DNA from: Escherichia coli
GTDB lineage: Bacteria; Pseudomonadota; Gammaproteobacteria; Enterobacterales; Enterobacteriaceae
Strand: one strand, 5' to 3'
Assembly: GCF_022846255.1 (NCBI RefSeq)
Contig: NZ_AP025682.1
DNA length: 64,000 bases
In this document: piece by piece, positions 12,677 to 20,780 of the stretch
Numbering within the stretch: the stretch's first letter is position 1
Layout of the letters: every line of letters begins with the position of its first letter
The notes under the pieces: model-generated
Databases searched by the model: none
What the model saw: only the letters and a program-made list of their open reading frames with translations
What the model was told of the DNA's origin: nothing
Position numbers and translations under genes: made by a program

Positions 12677-12902
12677 GCAATAGTGTTAGCCGTGAGTTTT
12701 CACGCTCCGCCCTATAAGTCGGATGAATGGAATAAAATGCATATCGGATTGGGTGAAAGTGAAAAAGAAAAAAGCAGGAAATGTCTGCAATTATTGATAC
12801 CGAACGACCATTCCCCTCCAGAACCATAGAAAATAAAAATGCACATACTTTGACTTTTAATTCAAATAAACCGTTTGCGCTGACAAAATATTGCATCAAA
12901 TG

Positions 12903-12931
12903 CTTGCACCGCTTCTGGCTATGAGTATAAT
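12903..12931 (+). promoter_or_regulatory. pyrLBI sigma70 promoter
   Basis: -35 cTTGCAc and -10 TATAAT separated by ~17 bp, ~30 bp upstream of pyrL ATG. Confidence 0.7.
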
Positions 12932-12956
12932 GCCGGACAATTTGCCGGGAGGATGT

Positions 12957-13091
12957 ATGGTTCAGTGTGTTCGACATTTTGTCTTACCGCGTCTGAAAAA
13001 AGACGCTGGCCTGCCGTTTTTCTTCCCGTTGATCACCCATTCCCAGCCCCTCAATCGAGGGGCTTTTTTTTGCCCAGGCGTCAGGAGATAA
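12957..13091 (+). CDS. pyrL: pyrBI operon leader peptide
   Basis: 44-codon ORF MVQCVRHFVLPRLKKDAGLPFFFPLITHSQPLNRGAFFCPGVRR overlapping the attenuator hairpin. Confidence 0.92.
   Translation: MVQCVRHFVLPRLKKDAGLPFFFPLITHSQPLNRGAFFCPGVRR
13045..13071 (+). terminator. pyrBI attenuator (rho-independent terminator inside pyrL)
   Basis: agcccctcaatcgaggggct hairpin followed by T8 run, 24 bp before pyrB ATG. Confidence 0.9.
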
Positions 13092-13094
13092 AAG

Positions 13095-14030
13095 ATGGCT
13101 AATCCGCTATATCAGAAACATATCATTTCCATAAACGACCTTAGTCGCGATGACCTTAATCTGGTGCTGGCGACAGCGGCGAAACTGAAAGCAAACCCGC
13201 AACCAGAGCTGTTGAAGCACAAAGTCATTGCCAGCTGTTTCTTCGAAGCCTCTACCCGTACCCGCCTCTCTTTCGAAACTTCCATGCACCGCCTGGGTGC
13301 CAGCGTGGTGGGCTTCTCCGACAGCGCCAATACATCACTGGGTAAAAAAGGCGAAACGCTGGCCGATACCATTTCGGTTATCAGCACTTACGTCGATGCG
13401 ATAGTGATGCGTCATCCGCAAGAAGGTGCGGCGCGCCTGGCCACCGAATTTTCTGGCAATGTACCGGTACTGAATGCCGGTGATGGCTCCAACCAACATC
13501 CGACACAAACCTTGCTGGACTTGTTCACCATTCAGGAAACCCAGGGGCGGCTGGAAAATCTGCACATTGCGATGGTCGGTGACCTCAAATATGGCCGCAC
13601 CGTTCACTCCCTGACTCAGGCGCTAGCGAAGTTCGACGGCAACCGTTTTTACTTCATCGCGCCGGACGCGCTGTCAATGCCGCAATACATTCTGGATATG
13701 CTTGATGAAAAAGGGATCGCCTGGAGTCTGCACAGCTCTATTGAAGAAGTGATGGCGGAAGTAGACATCCTGTATATGACCCGCGTGCAAAAAGAGCGCC
13801 TGGACCCGTCCGAGTACGCCAACGTGAAAGCGCAGTTTGTTCTTCGCGCCAGCGATCTCCACAACGCCAAAGCCAATATGAAAGTGCTGCATCCGCTGCC
13901 GCGTGTTGATGAGATTGCGACGGATGTGGATAAAACGCCTCACGCCTGGTACTTCCAGCAAGCAGGCAACGGGATTTTCGCTCGCCAGGCGTTACTGGCA
14001 CTGGTTCTGAATCGCGATCTGGTACTGTAA
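13095..14030 (+). CDS. pyrB: Aspartate carbamoyltransferase catalytic subunit
   Basis: 311-aa ORF with STRTR and HPLP motifs; AGGAGA RBS. Confidence 0.96.
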   Translation: MANPLYQKHIISINDLSRDDLNLVLATAAKLKANPQPELLKHKVIASCFFEASTRTRLSFETSMHRLGASVVGFSDSANTSLGKKGETLADTISVISTYVDAIVMRHPQEGAARLATEFSGNVPVLNAGDGSNQHPTQTLLDLFTIQETQGRLENLHIAMVGDLKYGRTVHSLTQALAKFDGNRFYFIAPDALSMPQYILDMLDEKGIAWSLHSSIEEVMAEVDILYMTRVQKERLDPSEYANVKAQFVLRASDLHNAKANMKVLHPLPRVDEIATDVDKTPHAWYFQQAGNGIFARQALLALVLNRDLVL

Positions 14031-14042
14031 GGGGAAATAGAG

Positions 14043-14504
14043 ATGACACACGATAATAAATTGCAGGTTGAAGCTATTAAACGCGGCACGGTAATTGACC
14101 ATATCCCCGCCCAGATCGGTTTTAAGCTGTTGAGTCTGTTCAAGTTGACCGAAACAGATCAGCGCATCACCATTGGTCTGAATTTGCCTTCTGGCGAGAT
14201 GGGGCGCAAGGATCTGATCAAAATCGAAAATACCTTTTTAAGTGAGGATCAGGTTGATCAGCTGGCGTTATATGCACCGCAAGCCACGGTTAACCGTATC
14301 GACAACTATGAAGTGGTTGGCAAATCGCGCCCCAGTCTGCCAGAGCACATCGACAATGTGCTGGTCTGCCCGAACAGCAACTGTATCAGCCATGCCGAAC
14401 CGGTTTCATCCAGCTTTGCCGTGCGAAAACGCGCCAATGATATCGCGCTCAAATGCAAATACTGTGAAAAAGAGTTTTCTCATAATGTGGTGCTGGCCAA
14501 TTAA
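14043..14504 (+). CDS. pyrI: Aspartate carbamoyltransferase regulatory subunit
   Basis: 153-aa ORF with C-terminal Zn-binding cysteines (CPNSNC...CKYCEKEF). Confidence 0.96.
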   Translation: MTHDNKLQVEAIKRGTVIDHIPAQIGFKLLSLFKLTETDQRITIGLNLPSGEMGRKDLIKIENTFLSEDQVDQLALYAPQATVNRIDNYEVVGKSRPSLPEHIDNVLVCPNSNCISHAEPVSSSFAVRKRANDIALKCKYCEKEFSHNVVLAN

Positions 14505-14521
14505 TTGCGGTTGGTAATAAA

Positions 14522-14554
14522 AGTCTGGCTCCCTATAATGAGCCAGACTTTTTA
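14522..14554 (+). terminator. pyrBI rho-independent terminator
   Basis: Perfect 10-bp stem agtctggctc/gagccagact, 8-nt loop, TTTTT tail. Confidence 0.88.
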
Positions 14555-14576
14555 CCGCTGTAATAAAGGAGAAATC

Positions 14577-14963
14577 ATGAGCAAAACTATCGCGACGGAA
14601 AATGCACCGGCAGCTATCGGTCCTTACGTGCAGGGCGTTGATCTGGGCAATATGATTATCACTTCCGGTCAGATCCCGGTAAACCCGAAAACGGGCGAAG
14701 TCCCGGCAGATGTCGCTGCACAGGCGCGTCAGTCGCTGGATAACGTAAAAGCGATCGTCGAAGCCGCTGGCCTGAAAGTGGGCGATATCGTTAAAACCAC
14801 CGTGTTTGTGAAAGATCTGAACGACTTCGCAACCGTTAATGCTACCTACGAAGCCTTCTTCACCGAACACAACGCCACCTTCCCGGCACGTTCTTGCGTT
14901 GAAGTTGCCCGTCTGCCGAAAGACGTGAAGATTGAGATCGAAGCGATCGCTGTTCGTCGCTAA
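14577..14963 (+). CDS. ridA: 2-iminobutanoate/2-iminopropanoate deaminase RidA (YjgF)
   Basis: 128 aa from ATG at 14577 with AAGGAG RBS; MSKTIATENAPAAIGPYVQG... Confidence 0.93.
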   Translation: MSKTIATENAPAAIGPYVQGVDLGNMIITSGQIPVNPKTGEVPADVAAQARQSLDNVKAIVEAAGLKVGDIVKTTVFVKDLNDFATVNATYEAFFTEHNATFPARSCVEVARLPKDVKIEIEAIAVRR

Positions 14964-15020
14964 TCTTGATGGAAATCCGGGCTATCATGCCCGGATTAAG
15001 TCTAATGACAAACGCAAAAT

Positions 15021-15110
15021 TGCCTGATGCGCTACGCTTATCAGGCCTACGTGATTCCTGCAATTTATTGAATTTGTAGGCCTGATAAGGCATTTACGCC
15101 GCATCCGGCA
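15021..15110. repeat. REP elements
   Basis: tgcctgatgcgctacgcttatcaggcctac and gtaggcctgataaggc...gcatccggca. Confidence 0.75.
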
Positions 15111-15168
15111 TGAACAAAGCTCACTTTGTCTGCAATCTGATTCCGGGCCACCATGCCCAGTTTATTCT

Positions 15169-17865
15169 TTACTGCCAACCGTAACGACGGCTATAGAACC
15201 CTTTCACCAACTGGGTTAACGTCATATACCCTGCCAGAATCGCAACCAGCCACGGGAAATAGCTTAACGGCAGCGCCTGCAGCTGCAGATAACTGGCCAG
15301 CGGTGAAAACGGCAATGCGATCCCGACAATCATCACGATCACGGTCATAATCATTAACGGCCACGATGCACAGCTCTGAATAAACGGTACACGACGGGTG
15401 CGGATCATATGCACAATCAGCGTTTGCGACAGTAAGCCCACCACAAACCAGCCCGACTGGAACAGCGTTTGCGTTTCCGGCGTGTTGGCATGGAATACCC
15501 ACCACATCAGGCAAAACGTCAGAATATCGAAAATCGAGCTGATCGGTCCGAAGAAGACCATAAAGCGCCCCAGATCCGCCGGATTCCAACGCTGCGGCTT
15601 TTGAATTTGCTCGTCGTCGACGTTATCAAATGGGATCGCCACCTGTGACACATCGTATAGCAGATTTTGAATAAGCAAGTGTAGCGGCAACATCGGCAGG
15701 AAGGGCAAGAAAGCACTCGCCACCAGCACGCTGAACACATTACCGAAGTTAGAGCTCGCCGTCATTTTGATGTATTTCAGCATGTTGGCGAAAGTGCGAC
15801 GTCCCTCAATAACCCCCTCTTCCAGCACCATCAGGCTTTTTTCCAGCAGGATGATATCAGCCGCTTCACGGGCAATATCTACCGCGCCGTCCACAGAAAT
15901 GCCGATATCCGCAGCGCGTAAGGCGGGCGCATCATTAATACCATCGCCCATAAAGCCAACCACATGCCCTTCGCGCTTCAGCAACGTTACGATGCGTTCT
16001 TTATGCATCGGCGTCAGACGAGCAAACAGCGTGGTGCGCTGTGCGAGATTTGCCAGTTCGTCGTCAGATAGCGTTTCAATATCACTACCAATGACCACCT
16101 CTCCCGCGTCCAGCCCCACTTCATGGCACACTTTCGCTGCAACTAACTCACTGTCGCCAGTAAGGATTTTTACGGTAATTCCACTCGCTTTTAATGCCTT
16201 CAGTGCCGGAGCGGTTGTCTCTTTTGGCGGATCAAGGAAAGCAATATATCCTTCGAGGATCAGGTCGGATTCATCCGCCCGCTGGTAATCTCCTTCACGC
16301 GCTGGCAGGTATTTCGTCGCCACCGCAACCACGCGCAGCCCCTGACGATTCAGCGTATCAGTAACCCGCTTAATCTTACGCAGCATGGTGTCATCGAGCG
16401 GTACAATCTCGCCATTGTGACGCACTTGCGAACACACATTGAGGATTTCCTGCAATGCGCCTTTGCAAACCAACTGATGGTGTTCGGTATTTTCTGCCAC
16501 AACCACCGACATCCGACGACGCTCGAAATCAAACGGAATCTCATCAATTTTTTGCCAACGGCTGGCCAGCGAGCGCGCTGACTCTTCATCCGTACCTTCG
16601 AGCACCGCTGTATCAAGCAGGTTTTTAAGCCCGGTCTGGTAATGGCTGTTCAACCACGCGCTATGCAGCACGCGTTCGCTAGTTTTACCGGAGATATCGG
16701 TATGATTCTCCAGCACAATTTTATCCTGTGTCAGGGTGCCGGTTTTATCAGTGCACAGAATATCCATTGCGCCAAAGTTCTGAATGGCATCCAGATGTTT
16801 GACGATCACTTTCTGTTTCGACAACTTGACTGCGCCACGCGCCAGCGTCGAGGTAACAATCATCGGCAACATTTCTGGCGTTAAGCCTACCGCGACCGAA
16901 AGCGCAAACAGTGCCGCTTCCCACCAGTCACCTTTGGTGTAACCGTTGATAAGCAACACCACCGGAGCCATCACCAGCATAAAGCGAATCAGCAGCATAC
17001 TGACGCGGCTAATCCCTTGCTGAAAGGCATTCGGCTCGCTTTCCTGCTCACTAACACGCCCCGCCAGTTGACCAAACCAGGTATTGGCACCTGTGGCAAT
17101 CACCATTGCTTGTGCCGTGCCGCTCACCACGGTGGTGCCCATAAAACACAGGGTGTCGCACTCCAGCGGATTGCTGTGCTCCGGCTGGCGAGTGGTAGCG
17201 GCTTTTTCCACGGGCAGAGACTCACCGGTTAACGACGCCTGAGCGACAAACAGATCCCGCGCCTGCAAGATACGTAAATCTGCCGGGATCATATCCCCCG
17301 CCGCCAGTTTTATAATATCGCCGGGCACCAGTTGGTCTATCGGGATTTCCAGCCAGCCATTTTCACCTTTATCGTTAATTACGCGCAGTACCGTCGCGGT
17401 ATTACTGACCATCGCTTTCAGGGCATCTGCCGCTTTGGTGGAACGAGCTTCCTGAATAAAGTTCAGCAACGTAGAAATAGCGACCATTAGCGCGATAACA
17501 CCTGCGGCAAATAAATCTTCCGTGGCGTAAGAAATAGCACCAAGAATGGTGAGCAAAATATTAAAGGGGTTGCGATAGCAGACCCATAAATGTACCCACC
17601 ACGGCGACGGTTGTTGTGCGGGTAATTTATTTTCACCATGTTGTTCGCGGGCAGATTCCACTTCCGCCAGATTTAACCCTTCCGGATGGGTGTCGAACGT
17701 TTTCCACAATTCTTCTTCGGGCATCACCGCCATTTTCAGGCAATGCGCACTTAAAGAAGGCGGGACCGCCGCATTCACTGTCTGCTGCGCGCCAGGCAAT
17801 GGATCACGATGAACCAGACGGGAAGGTAAATGGCGAATGAGCCGGGTAAAAATTTCTTTAAACAT
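15169..17865 (-). CDS. mgtA: Magnesium-transporting P-type ATPase
   Basis: 898-aa ORF with P-type ATPase DKTGTLT phosphorylation motif and GDGINDAPAL hinge motif. Confidence 0.96.
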   Translation of the reverse strand: MFKEIFTRLIRHLPSRLVHRDPLPGAQQTVNAAVPPSLSAHCLKMAVMPEEELWKTFDTHPEGLNLAEVESAREQHGENKLPAQQPSPWWVHLWVCYRNPFNILLTILGAISYATEDLFAAGVIALMVAISTLLNFIQEARSTKAADALKAMVSNTATVLRVINDKGENGWLEIPIDQLVPGDIIKLAAGDMIPADLRILQARDLFVAQASLTGESLPVEKAATTRQPEHSNPLECDTLCFMGTTVVSGTAQAMVIATGANTWFGQLAGRVSEQESEPNAFQQGISRVSMLLIRFMLVMAPVVLLINGYTKGDWWEAALFALSVAVGLTPEMLPMIVTSTLARGAVKLSKQKVIVKHLDAIQNFGAMDILCTDKTGTLTQDKIVLENHTDISGKTSERVLHSAWLNSHYQTGLKNLLDTAVLEGTDEESARSLASRWQKIDEIPFDFERRRMSVVVAENTEHHQLVCKGALQEILNVCSQVRHNGEIVPLDDTMLRKIKRVTDTLNRQGLRVVAVATKYLPAREGDYQRADESDLILEGYIAFLDPPKETTAPALKALKASGITVKILTGDSELVAAKVCHEVGLDAGEVVIGSDIETLSDDELANLAQRTTLFARLTPMHKERIVTLLKREGHVVGFMGDGINDAPALRAADIGISVDGAVDIAREAADIILLEKSLMVLEEGVIEGRRTFANMLKYIKMTASSNFGNVFSVLVASAFLPFLPMLPLHLLIQNLLYDVSQVAIPFDNVDDEQIQKPQRWNPADLGRFMVFFGPISSIFDILTFCLMWWVFHANTPETQTLFQSGWFVVGLLSQTLIVHMIRTRRVPFIQSCASWPLMIMTVIVMIVGIALPFSPLASYLQLQALPLSYFPWLVAILAGYMTLTQLVKGFYSRRYGWQ

Positions 17866-18130
17866 AAGGAGTCCCTCCGCACTGTCTGAAACAGTACAGA
17901 AATGTCTTCAGGCGTGGCGAAGCCTTACCTGAAGGTAATAAAGCTGAGCAGGGACGTTAAAACGTCACGGCCTTACGCATCCGGTAACGCCGTGAAAAGA
18001 CGGGCTTACCGGAAAAGTTTTAATCTCCGTCGAGGGAGAGGCGTGGGATCAGGTTCCATATAACCTCCGGTAAGTGAAAAAAGCGCCGCAAATAATAAGG
18101 AGAATCCAATAATATTCGTAGCATTTATGG
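17866..18130 (-). promoter_or_regulatory. mgtA 5' leader region (Mg2+/proline-responsive leader containing mgtL)
   Basis: ~260-nt untranslated interval between PhoP-box promoter and mgtA ATG, containing the proline-rich mgtL ORF. Confidence 0.6.
18006..18059 (-). CDS. mgtL: mgtA leader peptide MgtL (17 aa, proline-rich)
   Basis: Reverse complement encodes [17 protein letters not shown], inside mgtA leader. Confidence 0.85.
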
Positions 18131-18153
18131 CGATATAATACCTGCTGGCAACT

Positions 18154-18170
18154 AAACCAACGATAAACCA
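18154..18170 (-). promoter_or_regulatory. PhoP box of the mgtA promoter
   Basis: Plus strand TAAACC-aacga-TAAACC = minus strand GGTTTA-N5-GGTTTA direct repeat, with TATTAT -10-like hexamer ~12 bp downstream. Confidence 0.75.
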
Positions 18171-18243
18171 GACTTTACCCATTGCTGAATGCACAGGTAA
18201 AGTTAGGCTCAAATAATTAAACAACACGTTATGGGACAACAGG

Positions 18244-19191
18244 ATGCAAAATCGGCTGACCATCAAAGACATCGCGCGCTTAAGCGGCGTGGGGAAATCT
18301 ACGGTTTCCCGGGTGCTGAATAACGAAAGCGGCGTGAGCCAGCGCACGCGCGAGCGTGTTGAAGCAGTGATGAATCAGCATGGATTTTCCCCTTCCCGCT
18401 CTGCGCGCGCTATGCGTGGGCAAAGCGATAAAGTGGTCGCCATCATTGTTACCCGTCTGGATTCGTTGTCAGAAAATCTCGCCGTTCAAACCATGCTGCC
18501 AGCGTTCTATGAACAAGGTTACGATCCAATCATGATGGAAAGTCAGTTTTCCCCACAATTAGTTGCCGAACATTTGGGGGTGCTGAAACGGCGTAATATC
18601 GACGGCGTAGTGCTGTTCGGTTTTACCGGCATAACAGAAGAAATGTTAGCCCACTGGCAGTCATCGCTGGTTCTGCTGGCGCGTGACGCAAAAGGCTTTG
18701 CTTCGGTCTGTTATGACGACGAAGGGGCAATCAAGATCCTGATGCAACGGCTGTATGACCAGGGACATCGTAATATCAGCTATCTCGGCGTGCCGCACAG
18801 TGACGTGACGACCGGTAAGCGACGTCACGAAGCCTACCTGGCGTTCTGCAAAGCGCATAAACTGCATCCCGTTGCCGCTCTGCCAGGGCTTGCTATGAAG
18901 CAAGGCTATGAGAACGTAGCAAAAGTGATTACGCCTGAAACTACCGCGTTACTGTGCGCAACCGACACGCTGGCACTTGGCGCAAGTAAATACCTGCAAG
19001 AGCAACGCATCGACACCTTGCAACTGGCGAGCGTCGGTAATACACCGTTAATGAAATTCCTCCATCCGGAGATCGTCACCGTAGATCCCGGTTACGCCGA
19101 AGCTGGACGCCAGGCGGCCTGCCAGTTGATCGCGCAGGTCACCGGGCGCAGCGAACCGCAACAAATCATCATCCCCGCCACCCTGTCCTGA
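18244..19191 (+). CDS. treR: Trehalose operon repressor (LacI family)
   Basis: 315-aa ORF with N-terminal LacI HTH (TIKDIARLSGVGKSTVSRVLN). Confidence 0.94.
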   Translation: MQNRLTIKDIARLSGVGKSTVSRVLNNESGVSQRTRERVEAVMNQHGFSPSRSARAMRGQSDKVVAIIVTRLDSLSENLAVQTMLPAFYEQGYDPIMMESQFSPQLVAEHLGVLKRRNIDGVVLFGFTGITEEMLAHWQSSLVLLARDAKGFASVCYDDEGAIKILMQRLYDQGHRNISYLGVPHSDVTTGKRRHEAYLAFCKAHKLHPVAALPGLAMKQGYENVAKVITPETTALLCATDTLALGASKYLQEQRIDTLQLASVGNTPLMKFLHPEIVTVDPGYAEAGRQAACQLIAQVTGRSEPQQIIIPATLS

Positions 19192-19230
19192 TCGTTTCCC
19201 GAACGATAAATTGTGATCTTCGCTGTGTTT

Positions 19231-19244
19231 CGGGAACGTTCCCG
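19231..19244. promoter_or_regulatory. Perfect palindrome in treR-treB spacer (candidate TreR operator and/or treR terminator stem)
   Basis: cgggaacgttcccg followed by TTTTT; related half-site cgtttcccgaacg ~30 bp upstream. Confidence 0.45.
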
Positions 19245-19309
19245 TTTTTAAATTTTTCCGCGCAATATATTCTGCAGCCAACCAAAAATGTCATCTGCCA
19301 TGGGGCTTT

Positions 19310-20731
19310 ATGATGAGCAAAATAAACCAAACGGATATCGATCGGTTGATTGAAATGGTCGGCGGGCGCGGCAATATTGCGACGGTGAGCCACTGTATTA
19401 CTCGCCTGCGCTTTGTCCTCAACCAACCGGCCAATGCCAGACCGAAAGAAATTGAGCAACTCCCCATGGTGAAAGGCTGTTTCACCAATGCCGGGCAATT
19501 TCAGGTGGTGATTGGCACCAACGTGGGTGATTACTATCAAGCACTGATTGCGTCAACCGGACAGGCGCAGGTTGATAAAGAGCAGGTAAAAAAAGCCGCC
19601 CGGCAGAATATGAAATGGCATGAGCAGTTGATCTCTCATTTCGCGGAGATCTTCTTCCCATTGCTGCCCGCGTTGATTAGTGGTGGTTTGATCCTCGGTT
19701 TTCGCAATGTGATCGGCGATTTGCCCATGAGCAACGGTCAGACGCTGGCGCAAATGTACCCTTCCCTGCAAACGATCTACGATTTTCTGTGGTTGATCGG
19801 TGAAGCGATCTTCTTCTACCTGCCGGTCGGGATTTGCTGGTCAGCGGTGAAAAAAATGGGTGGTACACCGATCCTCGGTATCGTGCTTGGCGTAACGCTG
19901 GTTTCTCCACAGCTGATGAACGCTTATCTGCTCGGGCAGCAGCTGCCGGAAGTATGGGACTTTGGCATATTCAGCATCGCCAAAGTGGGCTATCAGGCGC
20001 AGGTCATCCCGGCACTGTTAGCCGGACTGGCGCTGGGCGTTATTGAAACTCGTCTTAAGCGCATCGTGCCGGATTACCTCTATCTGGTGGTGGTGCCCGT
20101 CTGTTCGCTGATCCTCGCGGTGTTCCTCGCCCATGCGCTGATTGGTCCGTTTGGTCGCATGATTGGCGATGGCGTTGCCTTTGCGGTACGTCACCTGATG
20201 ACCGGCAGCTTTGCTCCGATTGGCGCGGCATTGTTTGGCTTCCTGTACGCCCCGCTGGTGATCACCGGCGTACACCAGACCACGCTTGCTATTGATTTGC
20301 AGATGATTCAAAGCATGGGTGGCACGCCAGTGTGGCCGCTGATTGCGCTGTCGAATATTGCTCAGGGCTCCGCCGTGATAGGTATTATCATTTCCAGCCG
20401 CAAGCACAATGAACGCGAGATCTCCGTGCCTGCCGCTATCTCCGCCTGGCTTGGAGTCACTGAGCCTGCTATGTACGGCATCAACCTGAAATATCGCTTC
20501 CCGATGCTGTGCGCGATGATTGGTTCTGGTCTGGCAGGATTGCTATGCGGCCTGAACGGCGTTATGGCGAATGGCATCGGCGTAGGCGGCCTGCCGGGAA
20601 TTCTCTCGATTCAGCCGAGCTACTGGCAGGTGTTTGCGCTGGCAATGGCTATCGCCATCATCATCCCGATTGTACTCACCTCGTTTATCTATCAGCGGAA
20701 ATACCGCCTGGGCACGCTGGACATTGTTTAA
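19310..20731 (+). CDS. treB: PTS trehalose-specific EIIBC component
   Basis: 473-aa ORF, N-terminal EIIB cysteine motif (VSHCITRLRF) plus polytopic EIIC. Confidence 0.94.
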   Translation: MMSKINQTDIDRLIEMVGGRGNIATVSHCITRLRFVLNQPANARPKEIEQLPMVKGCFTNAGQFQVVIGTNVGDYYQALIASTGQAQVDKEQVKKAARQNMKWHEQLISHFAEIFFPLLPALISGGLILGFRNVIGDLPMSNGQTLAQMYPSLQTIYDFLWLIGEAIFFYLPVGICWSAVKKMGGTPILGIVLGVTLVSPQLMNAYLLGQQLPEVWDFGIFSIAKVGYQAQVIPALLAGLALGVIETRLKRIVPDYLYLVVVPVCSLILAVFLAHALIGPFGRMIGDGVAFAVRHLMTGSFAPIGAALFGFLYAPLVITGVHQTTLAIDLQMIQSMGGTPVWPLIALSNIAQGSAVIGIIISSRKHNEREISVPAAISAWLGVTEPAMYGINLKYRFPMLCAMIGSGLAGLLCGLNGVMANGIGVGGLPGILSIQPSYWQVFALAMAIAIIIPIVLTSFIYQRKYRLGTLDIV

Positions 20732-20739
20732 TTTTCTTC

Positions 20740-20757
20740 GGGGCGCAATTGCGCCCC
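20740..20757 (+). other. Intercistronic perfect 18-bp palindrome between treB and treC (possible mRNA stem-loop)
   Basis: ggggcgcaattgcgcccc; no T-run follows, treC ATG 24 bp downstream. Confidence 0.5.
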
Positions 20758-20780
20758 CTCGCATTTGCAGGAATAACGTA

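Noticed and set aside
12738-12800. Short plus-strand ORF (~20 codons) between yjgH and pyrL
   Set aside because: No convincing RBS and no recognisable peptide; cannot be distinguished from chance in an AT-rich spacer.
12645-12977. 110-aa minus-strand ORF spanning the yjgH-pyrL intergenic region and pyrL promoter
   Set aside because: Overlaps the pyrBI promoter/leader on the opposite strand, is AT-rich and low-complexity with no RBS. Likely spurious.
18006-18347. 113-aa minus-strand track ORF upstream of mgtA
   Set aside because: Only its last 17 codons (mgtL) are plausible; the rest runs through the mgtA promoter and into treR on the opposite strand from a non-ATG start.
19211-19230. Possible CRP site (TGTGA-N6-...) in the treB promoter
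   Set aside because: Only one good TGTGA half-site; the second half (CTGTG) does not match TCACA.
20634-20780. Upstream extensions of track ORFs (treC from 20634; likewise msrA from 44208, fbp from 29845, ridA from 14505, yjgH from 12197, bdcA from 11358, fklB to 56453, ytfH to 51227, tamA to 44217)
   Set aside because: Extensions lack an RBS and often start at non-ATG codons; internal ATG/GTG starts with good RBS give lengths matching the known proteins.
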